A stretch of 64,000 bases of DNA from Planctomycetota bacterium (GTDB lineage Bacteria > Planctomycetota > Planctomycetia > Pirellulales > UBA1268). The first letter of the stretch is position 1, and each line of letters begins with the position of its first letter. Location: assembly GCA_014238855.1 (NCBI GenBank), contig JABAAH010000007.1:3000-66999 (forward strand), given 5' to 3'. The notes under the pieces are model-generated. The model did not search any database. It saw only the letters and a program-made list of their open reading frames with translations, and was not told the DNA's origin. Of this stretch, positions 29,928-39,677 are shown in pieces. A program made the translations under genes and the position numbers.

Positions 29928-30269
29928 ATGAATCGTACAAAACATTCTTTTTTAATTTTGACGCTTGTGGCAACGGCCTGCGTCGCTTCCTCGGTAGAGG
30001 CTGCCAGATGGAGGAAAGCAAAAGCATCAAGCTCTCAGTATTCCCGGACCCCTAGAAATCAGGCTCCTTATAAGCCCGGAGCAAGCCCATACGTGACCGG
30101 GATAAACAATCGACCTCGCTACTATGAACCACCGACAGTCCCTCGCACACCGACATGGAAAATGTATGGGACAGAGCCAGGGGTCGCCCCAGGGGACTGG
30201 CCACGCTACGCTCCTTTTGGATTCGGTGGCTATCGATTCCCAGCTAGCGGCAATGCGGCGTATCGCTAA
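29928..30269 (+). CDS. small secreted Pro/Arg/Tyr-rich protein (hypothetical)
   Basis: 113 aa, signal peptide MNRTKHSFLILTLVATACVASSVEA. No family recognised. Confidence 0.5.
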   Translation: MNRTKHSFLILTLVATACVASSVEAARWRKAKASSSQYSRTPRNQAPYKPGASPYVTGINNRPRYYEPPTVPRTPTWKMYGTEPGVAPGDWPRYAPFGFGGYRFPASGNAAYR

Positions 30270-30314
30270 ATAGCTGTGGATACGTGGGCCACTTTCTTGG
30301 AGGCTCATTAGTCC

Positions 30315-31355
30315 ATGTCAGATCTACTCGAAATTAATCCCAATGGTCTCTATTGTCCTGCTGGCGATTTCTACATTGATCCATGGCGGCAGGTATCTCA
30401 TGCCGTCATAACCCACGCTCATGCTGATCATGCCCGCCCTGGTAGTGAACGTTACCTCTGTGCTTCGTCAGGAAAACATGTCTTACGAACTCGCATGGGC
30501 AACAACGCCACTATCGACACTGTAAAATACGGTGAACATTTTTCAATCCATGGAGTCGATGTATCGTTGCACCCCGCTGGGCATCTTCTCGGTTCCTCGC
30601 AGGTTCGGGTAAGTCATCGTGGCGTAACCTGGGTTGTGACTGGTGATTATAAACTTCAACACGATTCAACATGCGAGTGCTTCGAGTCGATTCCTTGTGA
30701 TGTGTTTGTGACAGAAAGCACTTTTGGACTACCTGTCTATCGATGGCCAGCCCCGGCGACGGTTGCTAATGAAATAAACACGTGGTGGCGAGCAAATGCT
30801 GACGCCGGTCGTACAAGCGTGCTCTTGTCGTATGCGCTGGGAAAAGCACAGCGGGTCGCATCATTACTTGATCCCTCAATCGGACCCATTTTTGGACATG
30901 GCGCTGTCATGAAACTTGTTGAGGCATATCGAGCAAGCGGTGTGCGGCTTCCACCAATTGATCGCATCCCACCACGTAGCCGTAAGATTGGAGGTGGACG
31001 TGGTATTGTTATCGCACCACCAAGTGCAGCAGCTACCAATTGGATCAACCGATTCGGAGAGACATCAATTGCCATGGTATCTGGATGGATGCTTCTTCGT
31101 GGCGTGCGTCGTCGACGTGGGTTCCCAAAGGGGTTCATCCTTTCTGATCACGTTGACTACCCGGACCTCATGCAGGCCGTAAAGGCTTCTGGAGCGCAGC
31201 GAGTACTCGTCACTCATGGCTTTACTGACATTGTTGCTCGATTGCTCACTGAAAAAGGCCTTCGGGCAGAAATACTACCAACACGTTTTGTTGGTGAAGA
31301 ACGTCCTGATGATAGTGCCGTTGATGAAGACCTTGAAGACGGACCGCAGCGCTGA
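30315..31355 (+). CDS. ligase-associated DNA damage response exonuclease (metallo-beta-lactamase fold)
   Basis: The THAHADH (HxHxDH) motif, the gene's size, and its position immediately upstream of the ATP-dependent ligase. Confidence 0.85.
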   Translation: MSDLLEINPNGLYCPAGDFYIDPWRQVSHAVITHAHADHARPGSERYLCASSGKHVLRTRMGNNATIDTVKYGEHFSIHGVDVSLHPAGHLLGSSQVRVSHRGVTWVVTGDYKLQHDSTCECFESIPCDVFVTESTFGLPVYRWPAPATVANEINTWWRANADAGRTSVLLSYALGKAQRVASLLDPSIGPIFGHGAVMKLVEAYRASGVRLPPIDRIPPRSRKIGGGRGIVIAPPSAAATNWINRFGETSIAMVSGWMLLRGVRRRRGFPKGFILSDHVDYPDLMQAVKASGAQRVLVTHGFTDIVARLLTEKGLRAEILPTRFVGEERPDDSAVDEDLEDGPQR

Positions 31356-31402
31356 GATGACAAATCGACTCGCTGAAAACATTAATATTCGTAGGGTTCC
31401 AC

Positions 31403-33094
31403 ATGCAACACTTTTCTGATCTTTACTGGAGACTCGACAGCACAACCAGTACCAATCAAAAGGTTGCAGCCCTGAAGGATTACTTCGGTTCTGTGCCAGC
31501 TCAAGATGCAGCGTGTGCCCTTTCAGTGCTTTGTGGAGCCAAGCAAGTACGGGCGGTATCCACCCGATTGCTGAGGGAGTGGGCTGCGGAAGCTGCAGAA
31601 CTTCCCCTCTGGCTTGTCGAAGAGAGCTATGCTCATGTCGGCGATCTCGCTGAAACACTTGCTCTCATCTTGCCAGAGCAACTCACGAACATCTCTGGTA
31701 CCACCGCCGATCACTCTTCCCTCTCACTCTCTCACTTCATGCAAGAAACCGTGATTGATCTCAAGGGAAAACCCGATATTTACAAGCGTCATGTGGTTGA
31801 AGAAACATGGAGGCGACTCAAGCCTCGTGAACGTATTGTCTGGCATAAACTGGTAACAGGAGGCTGTCGTGTTGGTGTATCAAGAACGCTCGTTGCCAGA
31901 GCACTTGCTGAACTTTCTGATCTCGAACCGACTACTCTCGCTGAACGCATGATGGCTGCGACTATCGAAACTGCTGAAGACTTTCAGTCACTGATTTCAG
32001 CACAACCCACTTCTGTCGACGGTCTTCGCCCCTTCCCGTTCTTTCTTGCCTCGCCGATAAGTGGTGAGGTACATGAACTCGGATCAGTCACGGAATGGCA
32101 AGCGGAGTGGAAGTGGGACGGCATGCGTGCTCAAATTGTCCGCAGATCTGCCGGCATCTCAATTTGGAGCCGGGGCGAAGAGCGAATGAATGATGCTTTC
32201 CCAGAGATTGTGGATGCCGCAGAATCTCTGCCCAACGGCACTGTTCTTGATGGTGAACTTCTTGCATCTCTGCCGAACAATCTCCTACCCTTTTCTATGT
32301 TGTCGAGAAGGGCAAGTCGGAAACGTGTTGGGAAAAAAATTCTTACTGAAATCCCCTCTGTTTTTGTTGCATACGACCTTCTTGAAGTACATGGAAAAGA
32401 TATTCGATCAGAGCCTCTTGCTTTCAGGCGCAATGAACTCCTCACTATTGTGCCAAGTGCCTTCCAACGACGACCCGCACCTGCAGGAGGGGCAGTGAAG
32501 CCAAAACATAGTGATAAGAATATAAATAACAGGCTCTTCCACTCTCCGCTTGTCCCTGGTGGAACATGGGACGAACTTGGCTGTGCGCGCCAGAATGCTC
32601 GTCAACGTGGCGTCGAAGGGCTCATGCTCAAACGAACAACAAGCAGCTACGCTCATGGAAGGCAACGGGGCGATTGGTGGAAGTGGAAAGTCGAACCACT
32701 CGAAATCGACGCCGTCCTGCATTATGCCCAAGCAGGTCATGGCCGACGGGCAGGTTTACATACTGATTACACACTTGGGGTCTGGGATGGGGACCAGCTT
32801 GTTACCATCGCTAAAGCCTATAGTGGATTAACCGATGAAGAACTTATCGAGATCGATAAAATTATTCGTAGCACAACGATTGAGCGGCATGGGCCTGTCC
32901 GAATTGTGAAACCAACTCTCGTATTCCAACTCGCTTTTGAAAATGTATCAAAATCAACTCGTCATAAATCTGGGATAGCTGTTCGTTTCCCGAGAATTGC
33001 CCGATGGAGACGAGACAAATCGCCTCATGAGGCTGCAACCCTCTCCGACCTGAAAGCACTTTTGGCACAGACAACCGGCGAACAGACAGCATAA
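31403..33094 (+). CDS. ATP-dependent DNA ligase (ligase-associated damage-response type)
   Basis: Adenylation motif I EWKWDGMRAQ (KxDG), later nucleotidyltransferase motifs (EGLMLKR, WWKWK), and an OB-domain tail. Confidence 0.9.
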   Translation: MQHFSDLYWRLDSTTSTNQKVAALKDYFGSVPAQDAACALSVLCGAKQVRAVSTRLLREWAAEAAELPLWLVEESYAHVGDLAETLALILPEQLTNISGTTADHSSLSLSHFMQETVIDLKGKPDIYKRHVVEETWRRLKPRERIVWHKLVTGGCRVGVSRTLVARALAELSDLEPTTLAERMMAATIETAEDFQSLISAQPTSVDGLRPFPFFLASPISGEVHELGSVTEWQAEWKWDGMRAQIVRRSAGISIWSRGEERMNDAFPEIVDAAESLPNGTVLDGELLASLPNNLLPFSMLSRRASRKRVGKKILTEIPSVFVAYDLLEVHGKDIRSEPLAFRRNELLTIVPSAFQRRPAPAGGAVKPKHSDKNINNRLFHSPLVPGGTWDELGCARQNARQRGVEGLMLKRTTSSYAHGRQRGDWWKWKVEPLEIDAVLHYAQAGHGRRAGLHTDYTLGVWDGDQLVTIAKAYSGLTDEELIEIDKIIRSTTIERHGPVRIVKPTLVFQLAFENVSKSTRHKSGIAVRFPRIARWRRDKSPHEAATLSDLKALLAQTTGEQTA

Positions 33095-33099
33095 AACCT

Positions 33100-35670
33100 A
33101 TGCCTTCAGCATTTCAAACCAAGGGTTCTCAGAAGTTGCCACGTGCGACAAAAAGTTTCGCACGTCAAAAGAGTGCTCATGCTGAAGAACCAAAGATCAC
33201 TCCGACTGATCTGTTTGCACGATTTACACAATGGTTCCTCAAGCGAGACCAGCAACCATTTACATTTCAACAGGAGGCGTGGAAAGCGATGGCCGCTGGC
33301 AATGACGGCCTTCTTCATGCTCCAACAGGCACTGGTAAAACGCTTGCTGCATGGCTCGGTGCACTCGGTCGAAGCTATACCGTCCCTACTGAACACGAGA
33401 AACCAGGCATTCGGATCGTCTGGATGACTCCACTCCGTGCATTGGCGACCGATACTGCCCATGCACTCGAAGAACCACTTGCGGATCTTACCGATACGTT
33501 TGGGAAGTGCTGGCAAGTGGGTACCAGAACTGGTGACACCTCGGCGGCTGACCGCCGCCGCCTCCGACAGAATTGGCCCGAGGCTCTTATCACCACTCCT
33601 GAGTCACTTTCAATTTTGTTGTCACTCGAAGACAGCCAAGAAATATTTGCTGATCTTGATACTGTCATTGTCGATGAATGGCATGAACTTCTAGGTACAA
33701 AGCGTGGCGTGCAGACCGAACTTGCGCTATCAAGGCTTAGGGCCATTCGTCCCAAAATAATTACATGGGGGTTATCGGCAACACTTTCAAATCTCGATGA
33801 GGCCGTCACTGCACTTGTCGGGCCACAACGAAGCAAACATGCACACCTCATAGAGGCAAATGTACCCCGCAACCTTGAATTTTCCACGCTTATCCCAGAA
33901 CCAATTGAGCGATTCCCCTGGGCAGGACACCTCGGGCTACGGCTTCTCCCACAAGTTATCGAAGCACTTGAACGGGCATCGACGACACTTGCATTTACAA
34001 ATACTCGCTCGCAGGCTGAGCGTTGGTATGACGCCATTCGAAACGCGAGGCCAGACTGGAAAGACAAATTAGCATTACATCACGGTTCTGTTGACCGCGA
34101 ACTACGCAATGGAGCTGAGGCGGGCCTTCGCAATGGCACTCTCAAGTGTGTTGTCGCGACATCGAGCCTTGATCTTGGTGTTGATTTTGGCCCGGTTGAA
34201 CAAGTCCTTCAGATTGGCAGCCCAAAGGGAATTGCACGAATTCTTCAGCGGGCTGGCAGAAGTGGCCATGCCCCAGGTGCCGTTGGCCGTCTTATCTGCG
34301 TACCGACTCATGCCCTCGAACTTATTGAATGTGCTGCCGCCAGAATTGCCGCAGCCGCTGGCTCCGTAGAACCACGACGTCCGCTCACAAATTCTCTCGA
34401 CTGCTTATCACAGCATATTGTCACAGTTGCCTGCAGTGGTGGTTTTCGTGAACAGGAACTGTTCGAAGAAGTACAAGGAACGGTGGCGTTTGCTGGTCTC
34501 GACAAACAGTCCTGGCGATGGGCACTCGACTTCGCCGCTCGAGGCGGTCATGCTCTTTCCGCTTACCCTGACTACTGCCGAATCAAAGAACGCTTTGGGC
34601 GTTGGTACATTGCCAGCCCGGCACTCGCTCGACGGCACCGGATGAACATTGGAACAATCACGTCAAATGCAACGGTCAATGTGAAATGGTGTCGCGGTGG
34701 TCGACTAGGCACTGTTGAAGAAGCATTCATCAGCCGGCTCAATACCGGAGATCGATTCCTTTTTGCGGGTCGTCCACTGAAGCTTTTTCGTTTTGACGGC
34801 CTCACAGCCTGGGTCAAACGAGCTCGGGGTAGTCATGGAATTCAAGTTCCTCGTTGGAACGGTGGGCGAATGCCTCTTTCGACTCTTCTTTCTGCGGCGG
34901 TACTTGAACAGGTCCGACTAGCAGGAGAAATCCGTGATACGCCACCCACACGACCATTGCCTCAAGAAACAGAAGCCGTGGCACCGCTCCTTGCAACTCA
35001 AGCACAATGGAGCCGCTTACCTACAGAAGACACGCTTCTTATCGAGCGGACCCGCAGTCGTGATGGACACCACCTTTTCATTTTCCCCTTCGAGGGTCGA
35101 CTTGTACACGAGGGGTTGGCAGCACTACTTGCTTGGAGAATTGCAAACCAAACGCCGAGCACGCTCACGCTTGCATCAAACGACTGGGGCTTTGAATTAA
35201 CTGGAGCAAAACAACTCAAGCTGGATGCACGTGACTTTCGAAAACTCTTCAAACCCGGACAATTACTCAAAGACCTGTGTGCATGCCTCAACGGAACTGA
35301 AATGGCAAAACGGCAATTTCGTGAAATTGCTCGCGTTGCCGGACTCATTCAGGGCGGCACTCGATCGGCAAAACAAACGCAAGCATCAGCCGGTTTAATT
35401 TTTGATGTGCTCAGCGAGTATGACACCGAAAACCTACTTCTTAAACAGGCTCGTCATGAAGTACTGGAGCAACAGTTTGAATTTCAACGGCTTTCTGAAT
35501 CACTTGATGCAATTTCTGAAAAAGAGATTGTGGTTATTGATACCCCACGGCTTTCTCCACTTGCATTTCCAATCTGGGCAGAACAGATTCAGTCACGACT
35601 CACGACCCAGAACTGGCGAGAACGAATTACTCAGATGGCTGAAGAACTTGAGCAAGCGGCACGCACATGA
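33100..35670 (+). CDS. ligase-associated DNA damage response DEXH-box helicase (Lhr-like)
   Basis: Walker A HAPTGTGKT, DEWH box (VIVDEWHELLG), SAT motif (LSATLSN), and motif VI QRAGRSGH. Long C-terminal domain. Confidence 0.9.
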   Translation: MPSAFQTKGSQKLPRATKSFARQKSAHAEEPKITPTDLFARFTQWFLKRDQQPFTFQQEAWKAMAAGNDGLLHAPTGTGKTLAAWLGALGRSYTVPTEHEKPGIRIVWMTPLRALATDTAHALEEPLADLTDTFGKCWQVGTRTGDTSAADRRRLRQNWPEALITTPESLSILLSLEDSQEIFADLDTVIVDEWHELLGTKRGVQTELALSRLRAIRPKIITWGLSATLSNLDEAVTALVGPQRSKHAHLIEANVPRNLEFSTLIPEPIERFPWAGHLGLRLLPQVIEALERASTTLAFTNTRSQAERWYDAIRNARPDWKDKLALHHGSVDRELRNGAEAGLRNGTLKCVVATSSLDLGVDFGPVEQVLQIGSPKGIARILQRAGRSGHAPGAVGRLICVPTHALELIECAAARIAAAAGSVEPRRPLTNSLDCLSQHIVTVACSGGFREQELFEEVQGTVAFAGLDKQSWRWALDFAARGGHALSAYPDYCRIKERFGRWYIASPALARRHRMNIGTITSNATVNVKWCRGGRLGTVEEAFISRLNTGDRFLFAGRPLKLFRFDGLTAWVKRARGSHGIQVPRWNGGRMPLSTLLSAAVLEQVRLAGEIRDTPPTRPLPQETEAVAPLLATQAQWSRLPTEDTLLIERTRSRDGHHLFIFPFEGRLVHEGLAALLAWRIANQTPSTLTLASNDWGFELTGAKQLKLDARDFRKLFKPGQLLKDLCACLNGTEMAKRQFREIARVAGLIQGGTRSAKQTQASAGLIFDVLSEYDTENLLLKQARHEVLEQQFEFQRLSESLDAISEKEIVVIDTPRLSPLAFPIWAEQIQSRLTTQNWRERITQMAEELEQAART

Positions 35671-36449
35671 CACAAAAACAATCACCGCTCTCATCACCTG
35701 CTTCTCGCCAAAATCAGAATATTCGGATTGATATCGCCGAAGGCGAAACCCTACCAGGCGATGCCGATATCGTGCTCCTTCCCGGCCGTGCAGCATTTCT
35801 CCCAAAAACATCGACTGTTGTCTGCTCTGATATCCACCTTGGGAAAGCGGCAACATTTCGACACGCTGGCATGCCCGTTCCAGAAGGGTCTGCACAGCAT
35901 GATCTAAAGCGACTGTCACAAATCATACAGTTCTGCAAAGCTCAGCGACTTGTGATCACAGGCGATCTCTTCCATGCTCGATCTGGGTGTACACCACAAG
36001 TACTCGATGAGTTTTCCTCCTTTTGCCAGCAGGTCCGGGCTTTACATGACACACAGGTAACCCTGGTGGTTGGTAATCACGAACAATCTCTCGGCAAACG
36101 ATTTCGACCATATGAGATTGGTATCGATCGGTGTGAAAAGGAAATCATTGAACTACCTTTTCGCTTTGTCCATAACCAGCCCATCGAGCACAATGACCAG
36201 GCCACGCACTTTACAATTGCTGGTCATATTCACCCAACGATTACGATAAAAAGCCCAAGCGGAGACCGCATGACATGCCGCTGTTTCGTGGCAACTGATG
36301 CAGCCCTTATTCTTCCGGCATTTGGCAGTTTCACTGGCGGACATAACGTGAAAACATCACACCGCACTCGCTTATGGCTCGCCCAGCCTGACGGTGTCGC
36401 CGCGGCAACGCCAGCACTCATGAGGGCAAACCATAATCTCGAGAATTAA
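35667..36449 (+). CDS. pdeM: ligase-associated DNA damage response endonuclease PdeM (metallophosphoesterase)
   Basis: Metallophosphoesterase motifs SDIHLGK, GDLFH, GNHE and GHIHP. The start overlaps the helicase stop by 4 nt. Confidence 0.85.
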   Translation: MTQKQSPLSSPASRQNQNIRIDIAEGETLPGDADIVLLPGRAAFLPKTSTVVCSDIHLGKAATFRHAGMPVPEGSAQHDLKRLSQIIQFCKAQRLVITGDLFHARSGCTPQVLDEFSSFCQQVRALHDTQVTLVVGNHEQSLGKRFRPYEIGIDRCEKEIIELPFRFVHNQPIEHNDQATHFTIAGHIHPTITIKSPSGDRMTCRCFVATDAALILPAFGSFTGGHNVKTSHRTRLWLAQPDGVAAATPALMRANHNLEN

Positions 36450-36468
36450 ATCCAACACGTTATTTAAT

Positions 36469-37377
36469 TTACGGTGTGACACATCGCTTTATCGGAATGG
36501 AAAGACAACCAATGACCTGACTTGCTGTCAGTGAATATTCTCCACATTCAATACGTGCAGCGTCACCTGCTGCACCGTGAATCCACGTTCCAAGCCGAGC
36601 AGCATCAAAAATGCTTAGTTGTTGCGCAACCAATGCCGTAATGATTCCTGTAAGAACATCACCTGTTCCAGCTGTTGCCATACCAGGGTTACCTGTTTCA
36701 TTATGCGTGTTTGTCGTGCCATCTGTGACTAATGAGGCTGGGCCTTTGAGGACAATCACGACGCCTACCTCTTTGGCAAGTCGTATAGCAGCATGCTCTA
36801 AATCTTTTCTAGGCTGACTCAATCTGCGAGAAGGATTGTCTCCAAGAAGATACTGCAGTTCACCAGTATGAGGTGTAAGCACCCTCACCCCAGCATGTTT
36901 CACTTTCAGCCATTCTGTGTTTTGTGCAAGTGCCCACAATGCGTCTGCGTCAATGACGGCTGGTATCGAAAGTGTTTGCCAGAGATCATGAACAATTTCG
37001 GCGAGCGCATCACTTCGACCGAGCCCTGGACCAAGAGCGACTACGTCCGCCCTCTTGCAACGTTTATGAATGTGAGCTAGTGCTGACAGTGCAAAACGAC
37101 CTTCGTTATCTTCTGGAAGACCATACGTCATGAGACACGGGTCAAAACTGGCAACAGTCGTCTGAATGGACTCCGGCACAATGACTTCAACGAGCCCTGC
37201 TCCACTCCGAAGCGCCGCCATCGAGGAAAGCGCGGCTGCCCCTGCCATCCCTCGGCTTCCGGCCACGATGACAACACGGCCATAATCGAATTTACTGGAG
37301 TCACTTTGACGCCTAGGTAGACGGGGAAGGTCTGTCGGAGGCTCAAAATCCAGTAACTTCTCAGAACTTTGTTCCAT
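36469..37377 (-). CDS. nnrD: ADP/ATP-dependent NAD(P)H-hydrate dehydratase (YjeF C-terminal family)
   Basis: GRVVIVAGSRGMAGAAALS...VLTPHTGE...GNPGMATAGTGDVLTGII. Confidence 0.85.
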   Translation of the reverse strand: MEQSSEKLLDFEPPTDLPRLPRRQSDSSKFDYGRVVIVAGSRGMAGAAALSSMAALRSGAGLVEVIVPESIQTTVASFDPCLMTYGLPEDNEGRFALSALAHIHKRCKRADVVALGPGLGRSDALAEIVHDLWQTLSIPAVIDADALWALAQNTEWLKVKHAGVRVLTPHTGELQYLLGDNPSRRLSQPRKDLEHAAIRLAKEVGVVIVLKGPASLVTDGTTNTHNETGNPGMATAGTGDVLTGIITALVAQQLSIFDAARLGTWIHGAAGDAARIECGEYSLTASQVIGCLSIPIKRCVTP

Positions 37378-37583
37378 TCAGTCCACTTCCCAAAAGTCGC
37401 GAAACCAGTACACAAGAGACGATAGATTTCACCCCAACTTGACGAAAATGGGCCAAAATGGCTACCTTTGGGCCCGTTATGGCCCAGTTTCGGTACATTT
37501 CGGTCGAATCTGGGTTCCTGATTTGCCGATACCATTTTTAAGAACATAGACATCATTACAAACCTCCGGCCTTTTGAGGAGAA

Positions 37584-38063
37584 ATGGACACCATGAGTGG
37601 GTCCCAACCGTCATTCGACGTCTTTGACGTCCGCAAAATTCGCAAGCTCATGTCTCTCATGCAAGAAAACGATCTTACTGAGATCGACTTAAAGCATGCC
37701 GACAGCGCTGTGCGAATCAAGAGAGGCGGTGAAGTCGTCTCATATTCAGCGCCTGTAGCTGCTCCACCACCTGCCCCAACACAGCCAGCTGCCCCAACCG
37801 TGTCGGCTGAAGAAGCTCGTATGGTTGTGGTGAAGAGCCCGATGGTTGGGACATTCTACCTTGCCTCAAGCCCAGACTCCCCTCAATTTGCAAAAGTTGG
37901 TGATCGCATTGGACCTGAGAAAACCGTTTGCATCGTAGAAGCGATGAAGGTGTTCAATGAAATTCCAGCAGGTGTTTCTGGACAGGTGGTTGCCATACTC
38001 GTTGAAAACGGTGCTCCTGTAGAGTTCGGTCAACCCCTTATCAAGGTCGACCCAGGTACTTAA
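37584..38063 (+). CDS. accB: acetyl-CoA carboxylase biotin carboxyl carrier protein
   Basis: Ala/Pro-rich linker, then the biotinyl domain with VEAMKVFNEI (the biotinylated Lys). Confidence 0.95.
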   Translation: MDTMSGSQPSFDVFDVRKIRKLMSLMQENDLTEIDLKHADSAVRIKRGGEVVSYSAPVAAPPPAPTQPAAPTVSAEEARMVVVKSPMVGTFYLASSPDSPQFAKVGDRIGPEKTVCIVEAMKVFNEIPAGVSGQVVAILVENGAPVEFGQPLIKVDPGT

Positions 38064-38169
38064 AACTCCTTCTCGTATCGAATCCTTATTTTACGAGTCA
38101 CACATATTCTGGATAAAGCTTTCGTAAGCCACTGCCTGCCGGCTCGACAATACCCCAATCAGGGAAATC

Positions 38170-39513
38170 ATGTTCAATCGAATCCTGATCGCAAACCGTG
38201 GTGAGATCGCACTCCGTGTGATTCGTGCTTGTCGTGAACTCGGCATTGAAACTGTTGCTGTCTACAGTGAAGCTGACCGTGATGCTCCGTATCTAAATCT
38301 TGCTGATGAGGCTATCTGTATTGGCTCTGCCAAAGCCGCAGACAGCTACCTCAGAATCGATCGTATTATCAGCGCAGCTGAAATCGGTAATGTGCAGGCT
38401 ATTCATCCTGGTTATGGATTTTTGTCAGAAAATGCCCACTTCGCAGAAGTCTGTCGCTCGTGTGACATAGAATTCATCGGCCCAAGTCCGGAAGCGATGG
38501 AGCGACTCGGTGACAAGAATTCTGCTCGAACTCTCGCCCGAGAAGCAGATGTTCCAACAGTGCCTGGTAGTCCAGGACTTTTGTCGGGCGAACAAGAAGC
38601 CATCAAGGTCGCCAAAGAAATTGGATTCCCAGTCCTTCTCAAAGCAACAGCTGGCGGTGGTGGAAAGGGTATGCGGGTTGCCGCCAACGACCTTGCCCTT
38701 TCGACAGCATGGCAACAGGCCTCCGCAGAGGCTGAGGCTGCGTTTGGGAACGCCGGAATCTATATCGAGAAATATGTTGAAAAACCGAGACATGTCGAGA
38801 TTCAAGTACTTGGCGACCAACACGGCACTATGCTTCATCTTTGGGAGCGTGACTGTTCAACACAACGCCGTCATCAGAAGCTCATAGAAGAAAGCCCTTC
38901 TCCTCGCCTCCCTGAAGAGACCCGAGCCGCCATGACCGCAGCTGCAGTCCGCCTAGCTAAAGCCTCGGGGTACTACTCTGCCGGAACAGTTGAATTCATT
39001 GTTGACCAAGACAATAACTTTTACTTTATCGAAGTCAATGCCCGTATTCAGGTCGAGCATCCAGTCTCAGAAATGGTTACAGGCATTGATCTACTTAAGC
39101 AGCAGATTCGGGTAGCGGCTGGTGAAAAACTGACGCTCAAACAGGAAGACATTGTGCCTCGTGGTCATGCAATTGAATGCCGTATCAATGCAGAGGACCC
39201 GGCCGCAAACTTCAGACCATGCCCCGGCAAGATTGAGCAAATCATCGTGCCTGGGGGTTTTGGTGTTCGCTTTGATTCTCATGTTGCAGCTGGATATGTC
39301 GTTCCACCGTATTACGATTCACTTATTGGCAAGCTCATTGTGCACCAACCAACTCGTGAAGCTGCAATTGAGACGATGACCCGTGCATTACGTGAACTTC
39401 AAATCAAGGGCATTGCCACCACAGTGCCATTGCACCTGGAACTCCTCTCACACTCAGCATTCCACGAAGCAACAATCGACACGAAATTTGTAGAACGACT
39501 TCTCGCAGACTAG
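38170..39513 (+). CDS. accC: acetyl-CoA carboxylase biotin carboxylase
   Basis: [21 protein letters not shown]..., the ATP-grasp segment GGGGKGMRV, and [14 protein letters not shown]. Confidence 0.95.
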   Translation: MFNRILIANRGEIALRVIRACRELGIETVAVYSEADRDAPYLNLADEAICIGSAKAADSYLRIDRIISAAEIGNVQAIHPGYGFLSENAHFAEVCRSCDIEFIGPSPEAMERLGDKNSARTLAREADVPTVPGSPGLLSGEQEAIKVAKEIGFPVLLKATAGGGGKGMRVAANDLALSTAWQQASAEAEAAFGNAGIYIEKYVEKPRHVEIQVLGDQHGTMLHLWERDCSTQRRHQKLIEESPSPRLPEETRAAMTAAAVRLAKASGYYSAGTVEFIVDQDNNFYFIEVNARIQVEHPVSEMVTGIDLLKQQIRVAAGEKLTLKQEDIVPRGHAIECRINAEDPAANFRPCPGKIEQIIVPGGFGVRFDSHVAAGYVVPPYYDSLIGKLIVHQPTREAAIETMTRALRELQIKGIATTVPLHLELLSHSAFHEATIDTKFVERLLAD

Positions 39514-39677
39514 TCACTCACACAGACCTGAATCTCCTCGGCTTCGCCTCTTTGCACCCCTCGAGCAGCTATTCTCTCTTGCTGCAACATACCCCCTACA
39601 AAAGCATCTCAATGCTTGCTAGATTTCTTTCACGTTCCTGACACCCTCCCGCCTTTCCCAGTGGAGCCCCCCAGCTC

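Noticed and set aside
33375-34067. Long antisense or alternate-frame ORFs inside confident genes. Examples: 33375-34067 (230 aa, antisense to the helicase), 2145-2867, 48654-49190, 37128-37607, 1046-1540, 38425-38838.
   Set aside because: Their translations are Arg/Ser/Cys-rich and low in information. They have no motifs or plausible starts. Each is fully embedded in a gene with strong family signatures on the other strand or in another frame.
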